From the NCBI GenBank assembly GCA_031417295.1, contig JANOVJ010000392.1, forward strand, positions 1 through 36,483: DNA of 36,483 nucleotides. Direction: 5' to 3'. The notes beneath the pieces were generated by a model, which was given only the letters and a program-made list of their open reading frames with translations, had not been told where the DNA came from and made no database searches. The position numbers were made by a program, and so were the translations under genes. This document shows positions 1 through 8,444 of this stretch, piece after piece. Source of the stretch: a bacterium. Lineage in GTDB: Bacteria; Pseudomonadota; Gammaproteobacteria; Burkholderiales; Burkholderiaceae_C. Position 1 is the first letter of the stretch. Every line of letters begins with the position of its first letter.

Positions 1-1488
1 CGCGATCTGCCGGTCGGGCACGCGAAACACGCCGCGCTCGCGCGCCACGCGGTGGTACTCGGGGTAGGCCTGCAGGCTCTCGCCGCCCTTCTCGACGAAA
101 GCCAGCACCCAGTCGAACTCGGCCCGGCTGAGCTTGCGGTAGGCGTGAGTCGAGCGGACCTCGTCGAACAGTTCGTCGGCGCGGAAACCGCCCCCGAGCG
201 CGATGCTGACGAGGTGCTGCACCAGCACGTCGAGCGGCTTCTCGGGCGTGGCGCGCTGCTCGATGCGCCCGGCCTGCGCGGCGCGGCGAGCGGCAGCCGC
301 CTCGACGAGTTCGAGCGTATTCGTCGGCACCAGCGTGATGCGCGAGCTGCGCCCCGGCGCGTGGCCGCTGCGCCCGCCGCGCTGGAGCAGCCGCGCCACG
401 CCCTTGGCCGAGCCGATCTGGAGCACACGCTCGACCGGCAGGAAGTCGACGCCGAGATCGAGCGACGAGGTCGCGACCACGGCCTTCAGTTGCCCCTGCT
501 TCAAACCGGCTTCGACCCATTCGCGCACTTCGCGGTCGAGCGAGCCGTGGTGGAGCGCGACCACGCCGGCCCAGTCGGGCCGCTGCTGCAGGATCAACTG
601 GTACCAGGCCTCGGCCTGCGAGCGGGTGTTGGTGAAGACCAGCGTGGTGGCCGAGCGCTCGATCTCATCGACGACGGGTTGCAGCATCTGCGCCCCCAGG
701 TGGCCGGCCCACGAGAAGCGGCCGGGGTCGGGCGGGATCAGCGTGTCGATGATGAGCTGCTTGTCGATGCGGCCTTCGACGAGCACCGGCGCGGCAGGCG
801 ATGCGACCGGCCCGCGCGCTGCCGCCGTCAGCACCTCCATCGCAACGCCCGTGTTGCCCAGCGTCGCGCTCAGGCCCCACACCGCGAGCTGCGGGTTCCA
901 GCGCCGCAGCCGGGCGATCGCGAGCTGCGTCTGCACACCGCGCTTGTTGCCCATCAGCTCGTGCCACTCATCGACGATCACCGTGTGCACGTTCGCCAGG
1001 TCGGCGTGCGCGGTGTCGCGGGTCAGCATCAGCGAGAGGCTCTCGGGCGTGGTGACCAGGGCTGACGGCATCCGCCGGTCCTGCCGCGCGCGTTCGGCAC
1101 TCGGCGTGTCGCCGGTGCGCATGCCGACGGTCCAGCGCGGCGCCAGCGCCGGCAGCGGCAGCTTCAATGCGCGCACCGTGTCGGCTGCGAGCGCGCGCAT
1201 CGGTGTCAGCCAAAGCACACCGAGCGGCGGGCTGCCGGCCGCGGCCGGTGCGACCCGGGGTGGTGGCGCGGACGGCTTTGCAGGCGGGCGCACGGACGCC
1301 CCGTCCGCCGCTGCAGCGCCGCGCAGCAACGCACCGACCCAGACCGCGTAGGTCTTGCCCGCGCCGGTGGTGGCGTGCAGCAGCCCGCTGCGGCCCTGTT
1401 GCAGGGCCACCCACACCTCGCGCTGGAACGCGAACGGCTGCCAGCCGCAGGCAGCGAACCAGGCTTCGGCGGCGGCCGCGTCAGGCAT
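1..1488 (-). CDS. ligase-associated DNA-damage-response DEXH-box helicase (Lhr-like), N-terminal 496 codons; the 3' end lies beyond the window edge
   Basis: The ORF is absent from the track because it has no stop in the window. My reverse translation from ATG 1488 gives [46 protein letters not shown] (Walker A). In frame around 850-981 it reads [43 protein letters not shown] (DEWH box, SAT motif). Confidence 0.85.
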   Translation of the reverse strand, partial: MPDAAAAEAWFAACGWQPFAFQREVWVALQQGRSGLLHATTGAGKTYAVWVGALLRGAAAADGASVRPPAKPSAPPPRVAPAAAGSPPLGVLWLTPMRALAADTVRALKLPLPALAPRWTVGMRTGDTPSAERARQDRRMPSALVTTPESLSLMLTRDTAHADLANVHTVIVDEWHELMGNKRGVQTQLAIARLRRWNPQLAVWGLSATLGNTGVAMEVLTAAARGPVASPAAPVLVEGRIDKQLIIDTLIPPDPGRFSWAGHLGAQMLQPVVDEIERSATTLVFTNTRSQAEAWYQLILQQRPDWAGVVALHHGSLDREVREWVEAGLKQGQLKAVVATSSLDLGVDFLPVERVLQIGSAKGVARLLQRGGRSGHAPGRSSRITLVPTNTLELVEAAAARRAAQAGRIEQRATPEKPLDVLVQHLVSIALGGGFRADELFDEVRSTHAYRKLSRAEFDWVLAFVEKGGESLQAYPEYHRVARERGVFRVPDRQIA

Positions 1489-2377
1489 GGAAGAGCTGGT
1501 CTCTTGCCGCAGCAGTGATGGCCGCGACGCACGGGTGGCTGATGCGCCGCTCGGGCGAGATGGCGTAGAACTCTTCCACCAGTTCGTCGGTGCGGCCGAC
1601 CAGGCGCACGCCGTACTGCGCGATCGTCTCGGCCTCGAGCACGGTGGGCGAGAGGAACACGCCACGGCCCTCGCGGCCGAAGGCCTTCATCAGCGCCGGG
1701 TCGTCGAACTCGCCGACGATGCGCGGCTGCAACTGGTGCTTCACCAGCCAGGCGTCGAGGCGGCGGCGGATGGCGCTGGCCGCCCCCTGCACCAGGCACG
1801 GCGCGCCGTTCAGGCACTGCGGGAAGCGCCCACTCAGCGTCGCCTTGAGCTTGGGCGTGCCGAGAAAGCTCATTGCCGTGCTGCCCAGGGCGTGGTTGAA
1901 CGCCTTCACGCCGCCCTGGCGCGGCAGCGGCTCGTCGGCCAGCACCAGGTCGAGCCGGTGCACCGCCAGCTGGGCCAGCAGATCCTGGAACTTGCCCTCG
2001 TGGCAGATCAGGCGCACCGGCTCGGGCACGGCAAGGCCGGGTTCGAGCAACTTGCAGGCGAGCGACTTGGGCACCGAGTCGGCCACGCCGACGCGAAAGT
2101 CGAGCGTGCGCGGTGCGCCCTTCGCGCCTTGCAGGCTGGCCTCGAGCTCGCCGCCAAGGGCGAAGATCTCGTCGGCATAGGCGAGCACGACGCGGCCGTC
2201 GTCGGTCAGCTCAAGCTGGCGCCCGCGCTTGCGGAACAGCTTGCGGCCGAGGCGCTCTTCGAGCAGCTTGATCTGGCCCGACAGCGTTTGCGGCGAGGTG
2301 TGAAGCTGCAGCCCGGCACGGACGATGCCGCCGGCCTTGGCGGCAACCCAGAAGTAGTGCAGGTGCTTGAAGTTCAT
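1481..2377 (-). CDS. LysR-family transcriptional regulator, NhaR-like
   Basis: 298-aa ORF with ATG at 2377. The N-terminal w[51 protein letters not shown] resembles the NhaR subgroup of LysR regulators. Its last codons overlap the helicase ATG at 1488. Confidence 0.85.
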   Translation of the reverse strand: MNFKHLHYFWVAAKAGGIVRAGLQLHTSPQTLSGQIKLLEERLGRKLFRKRGRQLELTDDGRVVLAYADEIFALGGELEASLQGAKGAPRTLDFRVGVADSVPKSLACKLLEPGLAVPEPVRLICHEGKFQDLLAQLAVHRLDLVLADEPLPRQGGVKAFNHALGSTAMSFLGTPKLKATLSGRFPQCLNGAPCLVQGAASAIRRRLDAWLVKHQLQPRIVGEFDDPALMKAFGREGRGVFLSPTVLEAETIAQYGVRLVGRTDELVEEFYAISPERRISHPCVAAITAAARDQLFHA

Positions 2378-2529
2378 CGGCGACGGTGCTGAGCTGAGCT
2401 GACAATACGGTTTTCTCGAACTGATTTTGCATGAAATTCTGATTTACGCGAAGTATGGCTGGCCCTAGATTGGCGTTTCTCCCTGTCCCAGAACGCCCTC
2501 ACCCCGCACCCTTCCGAACGGAGCCCGCC

Positions 2530-2883
2530 ATGCAGATCGACATCCAGACTTTCCGCCTCGCCATCGCCCCCGAGCACCGCGAGCAGATCCGCCGCCGGGC
2601 GAGCTTCGCCTTGTCGCGCTTGCAGGCGCGGATCGCCCGGGTCGAGGTGCGGCTGTCCGACATCAACGGCGCGCGCGGCGGCGTCGACAAGCAGTGCCGG
2701 GTGATGGTCACGCTCACCCAGGGCCCGGCGGCAGTGGTCGAAGACCTCGACGCCGACCTGCCGACGCTGATCGACCGCGCGCTCGCCCGCGCCGGGCGGG
2801 TGGCGGCCAAGCGCGTCGAGCGCGAGTCGCGCCACCGCGCCGAGCCGCGCTCGATGCTCCCGCGGCTGCAATACGGCGATTGA
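2530..2883 (+). CDS. HPF/RaiA-family ribosome-associated protein (short form)
   Basis: Internal ATG at 2530 preceded by GGAG (2520-2523). MQIDIQTFRLAIAPEHREQIRRRASFALSRLQARIARVEVRLSD...KQCRVMVTL matches the beta-alpha-beta-beta-beta-alpha pattern of HPF/YfiA (MQ.NI.G....i.p.lr..v..k...l). Confidence 0.65.
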   Translation: MQIDIQTFRLAIAPEHREQIRRRASFALSRLQARIARVEVRLSDINGARGGVDKQCRVMVTLTQGPAAVVEDLDADLPTLIDRALARAGRVAAKRVERESRHRAEPRSMLPRLQYGD

Positions 2884-2884
2884 T

Positions 2885-2900
2885 CGGCGATTGATCGCCG
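2885..2900 (+). terminator. weak stem-loop just after the HPF-like stop codon (CGGCGA-ttga-TCGCCG), no U-tract
   Basis: 6-bp perfect stem read directly from the sequence. It is formed by an 11-bp perfect tandem duplication, GGCGATTGATC x2, at 2875-2896. Confidence 0.25.
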
Positions 2901-2957
2901 CCAACCGACTCATCCGCCCACTCAATCACGCTCGCCCCGACACGAAAGGAGCCTTCG

Positions 2958-3665
2958 ATGAACCCGCTCGACACCACCCTGAACCGCTCGATTCCCACCG
3001 CCGCGCCGAGCGCGGGCAGCGCCACCACGGCCCACGCGCCCGAGGTCCAGCGCGTGCTGCGCAACACCTACGGCCTGCTTGGCCTGACGCTGCTGTTCAG
3101 CGCCGCCGTCGCGGGCGGCACGGCCGCACTCGGCCTGCCGCACCCTGGGCTGCTGCTCACACTGGCCGGCACCTTCGGCCTGCTCTTTGCCACGGCCAAG
3201 CTGGCCAACAGCGGCTGGGGGCTGTTGTCGGTGTTCGCGCTGACCGGCTTCATGGGCTACACGCTCGGCCCGGTGATCGGCCGCGTGCTGTCGTTCCCCG
3301 GCGGTGCACAGGTGGTGATGATGGCGCTCGCCGCAACCGCGGTGACCTTCTTTGCCCTCTCGGCCTACGTGCTCACGACCCGGCGCGACTTCAGCTTCAT
3401 GGGCGGCTTCCTGTTCGCCGGCATGGTGATTGCGCTGCTGGCCGCGCTGGGCGCGATGTTCTTTGCCATCCCGGCGCTGGCGCTGGTGGTCTCGGCGATG
3501 GTGGTGCTGCTGTCGATGGGCTTGATCCTGTTTGAAACGAGCCGGATCGTGAACGGCGGCGAGACCAACTACGTGATGGCGACGGTGGGCCTGTACGTGT
3601 CGATCTTCAACCTCTTCACCAGCCTGCTCGCGCTGTTCGGCGTGGGCGGGGGCAGCGAAGACTGA
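2958..3665 (+). CDS. Bax inhibitor-1/YccA family inner-membrane protein
   Basis: 235 aa, with AAAGGAG before the ATG. Seven hydrophobic segments and the family signatures VLRNTYGLLGLTLL and LFETSRIVNGGETNYVMATVGLYVSIFNLF. Confidence 0.9.
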   Translation: MNPLDTTLNRSIPTAAPSAGSATTAHAPEVQRVLRNTYGLLGLTLLFSAAVAGGTAALGLPHPGLLLTLAGTFGLLFATAKLANSGWGLLSVFALTGFMGYTLGPVIGRVLSFPGGAQVVMMALAATAVTFFALSAYVLTTRRDFSFMGGFLFAGMVIALLAALGAMFFAIPALALVVSAMVVLLSMGLILFETSRIVNGGETNYVMATVGLYVSIFNLFTSLLALFGVGGGSED

Positions 3666-3709
3666 ACCCTGCGGCGCGCGACCCATCCACCCAACCGGAG
3701 CCCCGCACC

Positions 3710-4150
3710 ATGCGACCCTACCCCCGCAACAGCCCGCGCGCCGCGGCGCGCATCGTCGCCCTGACGCTGCTCGCCGACGGGCAGTTGAAGCCGGTCGAGC
3801 TGTCTTCGCTGGAGGCACTGCTCGGCCACCAGCGGCTCGGCCTGCGCCGCTACGAGCTGCACGCCGTGCTCAACGACTTCTGCAACGACCTGCTCGACGA
3901 AGCGCGGGCGAAGCACGATGATGATTGCCACATCACGCCGGCCCTGATCGAGCTGCTGCTGGCCGACATCGACGCGCCGGCCCTGCAGCGCCAGGTGCTC
4001 GCGCTGTGCGCCGGCGTGGCCCGGGCCGACGGGACGCTGGACGACGGTGAGCGAATCGTGCTCGACGCGGCGATCGAGCAGTGGCGCATGGCGCCGCCGA
4101 GCTTCGAGACGCCCCTCCCCCCAGCCAGCGCCGCGCGCCCGCAAGCCTGA
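3710..4150 (+). CDS. TerB-family (tellurite-resistance TerB-like) protein
   Basis: 146 aa with a GGAG RBS. Two repeated ADG-type motifs typical of the TerB fold: LLADGQLKPVELSSLE and ARADGTLDDGERIVLDAA. Confidence 0.65.
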   Translation: MRPYPRNSPRAAARIVALTLLADGQLKPVELSSLEALLGHQRLGLRRYELHAVLNDFCNDLLDEARAKHDDDCHITPALIELLLADIDAPALQRQVLALCAGVARADGTLDDGERIVLDAAIEQWRMAPPSFETPLPPASAARPQA

Positions 4151-4193
4151 TGCGCCGGCGGGCGCGCCCGCCCACCCCAAACCCACTGACCCC

Positions 4194-5177
4194 ATGGAAC
4201 TCGCCACGTCCCCCTTCGCCGTCGACTTTCTCGGCACGCCCGCCTGGATGTGGCTGGCCTTCCTGGGCACGGTGGTCACGCTGCTGGCGTTCGACCTCGG
4301 CGTGCTGCACAAGGACGACGCCGAAATCGGCATCCGCGAAAGCCTGTGGCTCTCGGCCGGCTACATCGGAATGGGCTTGCTGTTCGGCGCCTGGGTGTGG
4401 TGGGCCCTGGGCGCAGGCAGCGGCATGGAGTACTACACCGGCTTCCTGATCGAGAAATCGCTCTCGATGGACAACGTGTTCGTGATCGCGCTGATCTTCG
4501 GCTTCTTCGCGATACCGCGCGCCCTCCAGCACCGGGTGCTGTTCTGGGGCATCGTCGGCGTGATCGTGCTGCGCGCGCTGATGATCGGCCTCGGCGCCGC
4601 GCTGGTGGCCGAGTTCGCCTGGGTGCTTTACGTCTTCGGCGCGTTCCTGCTGCTGACGGGCCTGAAGATGCTGTTCATGACCGAGAAGCCGATCGACCTG
4701 GCCTCGAACCCGGTGCTGCGCTTCCTGCGCCGCCACATGAACGTGAGCGACAGCCTGCACGGCAACCGCTTCTGGGTCCGCCTGCCCGACACGGCGGCCC
4801 CGTCGCGCAAGGCCTGGTTCGCGACGCCGCTGTTGCTGGCGCTGGTGATGATCGAGCTCGCCGACCTGGTGTTCGCGGTCGACAGCGTGCCGGCGATCTT
4901 TGCCATCACGCAGGACCCGTTCATCGTCTACACCTCGAACATCTTCGCCATCCTCGGCCTGCGCGCGCTCTACTTCGCACTTGCCGCGATGATCGAGCGC
5001 TTCCGCTACCTCAAGGTCGCACTCGCGCTGGTGCTGGTGTTCATCGGCACCAAGATCTTTCTTGTCGGCCTGGTCGGCAAGATTCCGCCCTCGGTCTCGC
5101 TCACGGTCACCTTCGGCCTGCTGCTGGGCGGGGTGGTGTTCTCGCTGCTGAAGACGCGGCCTGCGGCCGCGCGCTGA
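4194..5177 (+). CDS. TerC-family integral membrane protein
   Basis: Internal ATG at 4194 (MELATSPFAVDFLGTPAWMWLAF...). Motifs GFLIEKSLSMDNVFVIALIF and VMIELADLVFAVDSVPAIFAIT are the duplicated TerC signature. The upstream part of the track ORF (from 4047) is Arg/Pro-rich and overlaps TerB. Confidence 0.9.
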   Translation: MELATSPFAVDFLGTPAWMWLAFLGTVVTLLAFDLGVLHKDDAEIGIRESLWLSAGYIGMGLLFGAWVWWALGAGSGMEYYTGFLIEKSLSMDNVFVIALIFGFFAIPRALQHRVLFWGIVGVIVLRALMIGLGAALVAEFAWVLYVFGAFLLLTGLKMLFMTEKPIDLASNPVLRFLRRHMNVSDSLHGNRFWVRLPDTAAPSRKAWFATPLLLALVMIELADLVFAVDSVPAIFAITQDPFIVYTSNIFAILGLRALYFALAAMIERFRYLKVALALVLVFIGTKIFLVGLVGKIPPSVSLTVTFGLLLGGVVFSLLKTRPAAAR

Positions 5178-5218
5178 GGGCGCGCCCAGGCAAGTGTGGC
5201 TTTGCCGCTTTGCTTGAA

Positions 5219-5259
5219 CCCCCACAGGAGGCGGGCGCCGCAAGGCGGCGTCCTGGGGG
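5219..5259. terminator. imperfect GC-rich hairpin between convergent terC-like and RES genes
   Basis: CCCCCACAGGA (5219-5229) pairs with TCCTGGGGG (5251-5259), leaving an AC bulge. No U-tract. Confidence 0.3.
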
Positions 5260-5262
5260 CAC

Positions 5263-5997
5263 TCAGTACGCCCAGGCAAGGCGGTCCTCGCCGTGCAGCA
5301 TCAACACGCTGCTGCGGGTGGCCTTGCAATGCCAGGTCTGCTGCACCGGCGGCACGGGGAGTTGCAGCGCCTCGACATCGAACACCGCCGCGCAGCGGCC
5401 TTCGGGATGGCGGGCGGACTCGTAGCGAATCCACTGCACGCCGCATTCGCGCGCGGCCTGGGCGAGACCTTGCGTGGCGCCGTAGTCGGTGTCGTGGGCC
5501 CAGCGCGCGCGGTGCTTCAGCCACGGCGGCGCGGTCAGGTCAATGGCGGTGCCTCGCACCCGGGCCTGGAAGAAGGTGTGCTCGGTCACGAGCGCCTGGT
5601 CTTGCAGCCCGTCGCTCGCGGCGAGGAAGCGCCAGCGCCAGTGCGCCACTTCCGCAGCCGCCGCCTGCAGCGTTTCGGCACCGTACCAGACGCCCGCTGC
5701 ACCGGCACGGCGGAAGCGGCTGGCCGACGGCGAGCGGTAGCGAAACGGCGTGCTCAGCAGGTAGTGCCTGGGTTTATCGGCCGCCTGCAGCGCGGGCTTG
5801 CTGGCTTCGAGCAGACGCTCCAGCACGGCTTGTTCGTCCAGCGTGTCGACCAGCCGCATCGTCGCCACGATGTGCTGCGCCTCGACGCCGCGCCACGCCA
5901 GCGCAGCGCGTTCGGCGGCAGTGTCGAACCAGGCTTCGGACCAGGGCTTGCGGGTGTTGCCGGCGCGGGCGGCGCCAGTGCGGCCACTGCCGCTCAC
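5263..5997 (-). CDS. RES-domain toxin (NAD+-targeting RES family, type II TA)
   Basis: 244 aa; the GTG start at 5997 overlaps the antitoxin stop (GTGA). RES-type motifs: SRFRRAGAAGVWYGAETLQAAAAEV (R..E) and IRYESARHPEGRCAAVFD (S). Confidence 0.85.
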   Translation of the reverse strand: MSGSGRTGAARAGNTRKPWSEAWFDTAAERAALAWRGVEAQHIVATMRLVDTLDEQAVLERLLEASKPALQAADKPRHYLLSTPFRYRSPSASRFRRAGAAGVWYGAETLQAAAAEVAHWRWRFLAASDGLQDQALVTEHTFFQARVRGTAIDLTAPPWLKHRARWAHDTDYGATQGLAQAARECGVQWIRYESARHPEGRCAAVFDVEALQLPVPPVQQTWHCKATRSSVLMLHGEDRLAWAY

Positions 5998-6383
5998 AGC
6001 GGCGCGCGCATGCCGTCAAGGTACGACAGCGTGACCACCAGGCCCTGCGCGGTCTGGATCAATTCGCGCGGTACGCCGCCGAGGTCGCGGTTGAAGCTTG
6101 TCATCCAGACGATGCGCTGGGCCGCGTCATTGCCCACCAGCGCATCGAGCGAGCGGTAAACGCGCACCAGCAGCGCGGCGAGCTCGCCTTCTTTCGAGGC
6201 CGGGTCGATCGGCCGCTCGCCGCGCAGCACGCGCGACACCGTGGGTTCGCTCATGCCGATCACCCGGGCCAGCGCCGCACCCGACAGGCCCAGCAGCCCG
6301 GTCGCCCGCCCGGCCGCCTTGGCCAGAACCAGCGCCGGGTCGGTGATGGGCAGCGGCACGAACGCGGCGGATGATGATTTCAT
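5994..6383 (-). CDS. Xre-like/MbcA/ParS-type antitoxin (HTH plus DUF2384 toxin-binding domain)
   Basis: 129 aa with ATG at 6383. HTH segment LGLSGAALARVIGMSEPTVSRVLRGER. C-terminal AAQRIVWMTSFNRDLGGVPRELIQTAQGLVVTLSYLDGM resembles the DUF2384 consensus (W....n..lgg..P..l). Confidence 0.85.
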   Translation of the reverse strand: MKSSSAAFVPLPITDPALVLAKAAGRATGLLGLSGAALARVIGMSEPTVSRVLRGERPIDPASKEGELAALLVRVYRSLDALVGNDAAQRIVWMTSFNRDLGGVPRELIQTAQGLVVTLSYLDGMRAPL

Positions 6384-6411
6384 GTGAAACTCTAGACATT
6401 GAAAGTTTCAC
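6384..6411. promoter_or_regulatory. candidate autoregulatory operator of the RES-Xre pair
   Basis: Perfect 8-bp inverted repeat GTGAAACT (6384-6391) N12 AGTTTCAC (6404-6411) in a locally AT-rich stretch directly upstream of the antitoxin ATG. Confidence 0.35.
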
Positions 6412-6548
6412 CATTGTGCGCCGATCGCGCGGGCTTCGCAACCCGCCTCGCGCCGGCGCTGCTTCGGCTTCAGGCCGCGCCGGGCCGCCCCAAGCGGCCC
6501 GAGCTCACCTCGGGGGGACGATGCCGAAGGCATCTTGGGGCCGTCAAC

Positions 6549-6863
6549 TCAGCCGACGACGACTTCGCTGATCTGCACCACGGGCTGGAGATCGGTGTAG
6601 TTCGGAATGTCGCCCATGATCTCGGCCACGTGCGGGCCGAAGCCGGCCTGGAACGACTCGACCGAGTCGCAAAAGATGTGGCACATGCCGACGTAGGTGG
6701 CCGGCGCCCCCGGCCCCATGCCGGCCAGGCCCTTGTCGACCGTGTACGACTTGCAACTGTCGCCCATCTTCGCCTTGAGCAGCGGCATGTGCGTGTCGCG
6801 GTAGTAGGCGTGGTCGAACCGCGCTCCGGGGGTGTTGGGGTACATCACGCTGACCTTGATCAT
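6549..6863 (-). CDS. EthD-family protein (TIGR02118-like)
   Basis: 104 aa with a GGAGA RBS upstream of ATG 6863. MIKVSVMYPNTPGARFDHAYYRDTHMPLL is the typical N-terminus of this family. Confidence 0.8.
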   Translation of the reverse strand: MIKVSVMYPNTPGARFDHAYYRDTHMPLLKAKMGDSCKSYTVDKGLAGMGPGAPATYVGMCHIFCDSVESFQAGFGPHVAEIMGDIPNYTDLQPVVQISEVVVG

Positions 6864-6964
6864 GGTTCGTCTCCGGGTGGTGGGGTGGCCAGCATAGGCG
6901 AACGGCGGCGACGGGACAAGGCACCGGATGCATCACACCGCAGGCAAGTGCTGGCGTGGTTCGC

Positions 6965-7486
6965 ATGATCGATTGGTCCTCGTGCGAAGCGGTGGAACGT
7001 GACCCCGAGCGGGTCAGCGGGGCCTGGGTATTCTGCGGAACCCGCGTCCCCGTCGCTGCCCTGTTCGAGAACCTGGAAGACGGGGCGCCAGTGAGTGAAT
7101 TCGTCGAATGGTTTCCTGGCATCACCCTCGCCCAGGTTCGCGCCGTGCTCGAGCACGCGGCTCGCAGTGCGCTGGCTTCGGCGCAAGTGCGCGTCCTGTT
7201 CGATCAAGGAACGCCGGTACCGCTGCGGCATCACCTGTCGGAGCATGAAGTCGCCACGGCCTACGATTGCGGCTGGGCGACGCTGAAGAACGGCCAACTG
7301 CTCGGCGTCGCCGAAGCCAACGGTTTTACCGTGCTGGTCACCACCGACTCCAACCTCAAGTACCGGCAGAACCTGGCTTCGCGCCGTATCGCAATCGTTG
7401 TACTCAGCACGACCAGTTGGCCGCGAATACGGGCCGTCACAGATCGAGTGGCGCTTGCGATCGCTGCATCGGCCGAAGGCGCCTAG
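6965..7486 (+). CDS. DUF433 (antitoxin-like) fused in one ORF to a DUF5615/Mut7-C PIN-like (toxin-like) domain
   Basis: The N-terminal half ERDPERVSGAWVFCGTRVPVAALFENLEDGAPVSEFVEWFPGITLAQVRAVLEHA fits the DUF433 consensus. From the in-frame GTG at 7187, VRVLFDQGTPVPLRHHL...LVTTDSNLKYRQNL fits the PIN-like DUF5615 consensus. No stop codon separates the two halves. Confidence 0.75.
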   Translation: MIDWSSCEAVERDPERVSGAWVFCGTRVPVAALFENLEDGAPVSEFVEWFPGITLAQVRAVLEHAARSALASAQVRVLFDQGTPVPLRHHLSEHEVATAYDCGWATLKNGQLLGVAEANGFTVLVTTDSNLKYRQNLASRRIAIVVLSTTSWPRIRAVTDRVALAIAASAEGA

Positions 7487-7528
7487 GTCGAGCTTCAGGT
7501 TCCGTGATTGCACTTGTGCAGATTCGCC

Positions 7529-8398
7529 TCACGCGCTGACGATCCATCCCTCCAGCGGATCGACCTCGGCCGGCAACCCGAAGCCCGGCTGCCCGCTCGC
7601 CCAACCGGCCTGCATCAGGCACAGCACAGCGTCGAGCCGGTCGCCGCTGGCGTCGTCGATCAGCGCGTCGCGTTGCGCGTGCGTGAGCTTCAAGCGAAGT
7701 GCCAGCCGGGTGCGGCCCTGCTCCAGCGCCTCGACCAAGTCCTTGCGCGCGATCAGCCGCTCGGGGGTTTGCCTGGCCCGGTCGTCGCTCTTGTAGGAAC
7801 GCGCGCCCAGCACCTCGCGCGCCAGCATTCCCGGGTAGCCTTCGAGCGCCACGCGGCCCATGTCGCCGTCATGCAGCCGCGGCAAATGCAGCCCGGCGTC
7901 GATCAGCAACGGCACACCCGCGTGCAGCATCCACGCCACCGGCGGGTTGACCCACTTCATCGACGGTGACGATCCGGCCGGGCCATCGGCCGCACGGTGG
8001 GCGAACTTGGCGCCGGGCGGGCGGGCATCGCAGAACGCCTTGAACAGGTCGCGGATTTCGCGCCGGTCGAGCGCCGCGTAGTGGCGCATCAGCGGCAGCC
8101 ATTGGGGCGGCCAGCCGAGCGCCAGCACCAGTTCGCGCGGCAGGCCGAACGGCAAATCGAACACCGCCAGCCACGGCCCCGGCGTGCGCAGCCACGCGGC
8201 GAAGCTGTCGAACGCCAGATGCGGTTCGACGCGCGCCAGGCGCACCACGCCGTGCTGCAGTTGGCCGAGCGCAACCGTGATCGGCTTGCGCGGCGTCGGC
8301 CGGCTGGTGAAATCGATGCCGGCAATGGCCGAGGCGGATGCGGAGGCGGAGGCGGTTGCAGACGCGGTTGCAAAGATAGCGCGGGAGGAAGCAGGCAC
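7529..8398 (-). CDS. DUF429-domain protein (predicted RNase-H-fold nuclease family)
   Basis: 289 aa with a GTG start at 8398. IAGIDFTSRP near the N-terminus and the central LEGYPG plus C-terminal DALIDDASGDRLDAVLCLMQA match my recollection of DUF429. There is a 24-aa Ala/Ser/Thr low-complexity leader. Confidence 0.7.
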   Translation of the reverse strand: MPASSRAIFATASATASASASASAIAGIDFTSRPTPRKPITVALGQLQHGVVRLARVEPHLAFDSFAAWLRTPGPWLAVFDLPFGLPRELVLALGWPPQWLPLMRHYAALDRREIRDLFKAFCDARPPGAKFAHRAADGPAGSSPSMKWVNPPVAWMLHAGVPLLIDAGLHLPRLHDGDMGRVALEGYPGMLAREVLGARSYKSDDRARQTPERLIARKDLVEALEQGRTRLALRLKLTHAQRDALIDDASGDRLDAVLCLMQAGWASGQPGFGLPAEVDPLEGWIVSA

Positions 8399-8444
8399 GG
8401 CGGGAGGCTACATTGCGGGAACCCGACTCTACCGAGAACAACGC

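Noticed and set aside
2875-2896. Perfect 11-bp tandem duplication GGCGATTGATC x2 spanning the HPF-like stop codon.
   Set aside because: The stop codon lies in the first copy, so the protein is unchanged. It most likely reflects replication slippage and only creates a small hairpin. It is recorded as a weak terminator feature, not as a finding.
4151-4193. Possible yybP-ykoY (Mn) riboswitch upstream of the TerC-family gene, as is known for alx/terC-type genes.
   Set aside because: Only 43 nt separate the TerB stop from the TerC ATG, which is too short for the ~100-nt four-helix riboswitch. I saw no matching conserved loops.
8330-8375. GCGGAGGCGGAGGCGG-type repeats, considered as a VNTR or regulatory repeat.
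   Set aside because: They lie inside the DUF429 reading frame and encode the Ala/Ser/Thr leader. They are irregular in unit length and show no array-like spacing.
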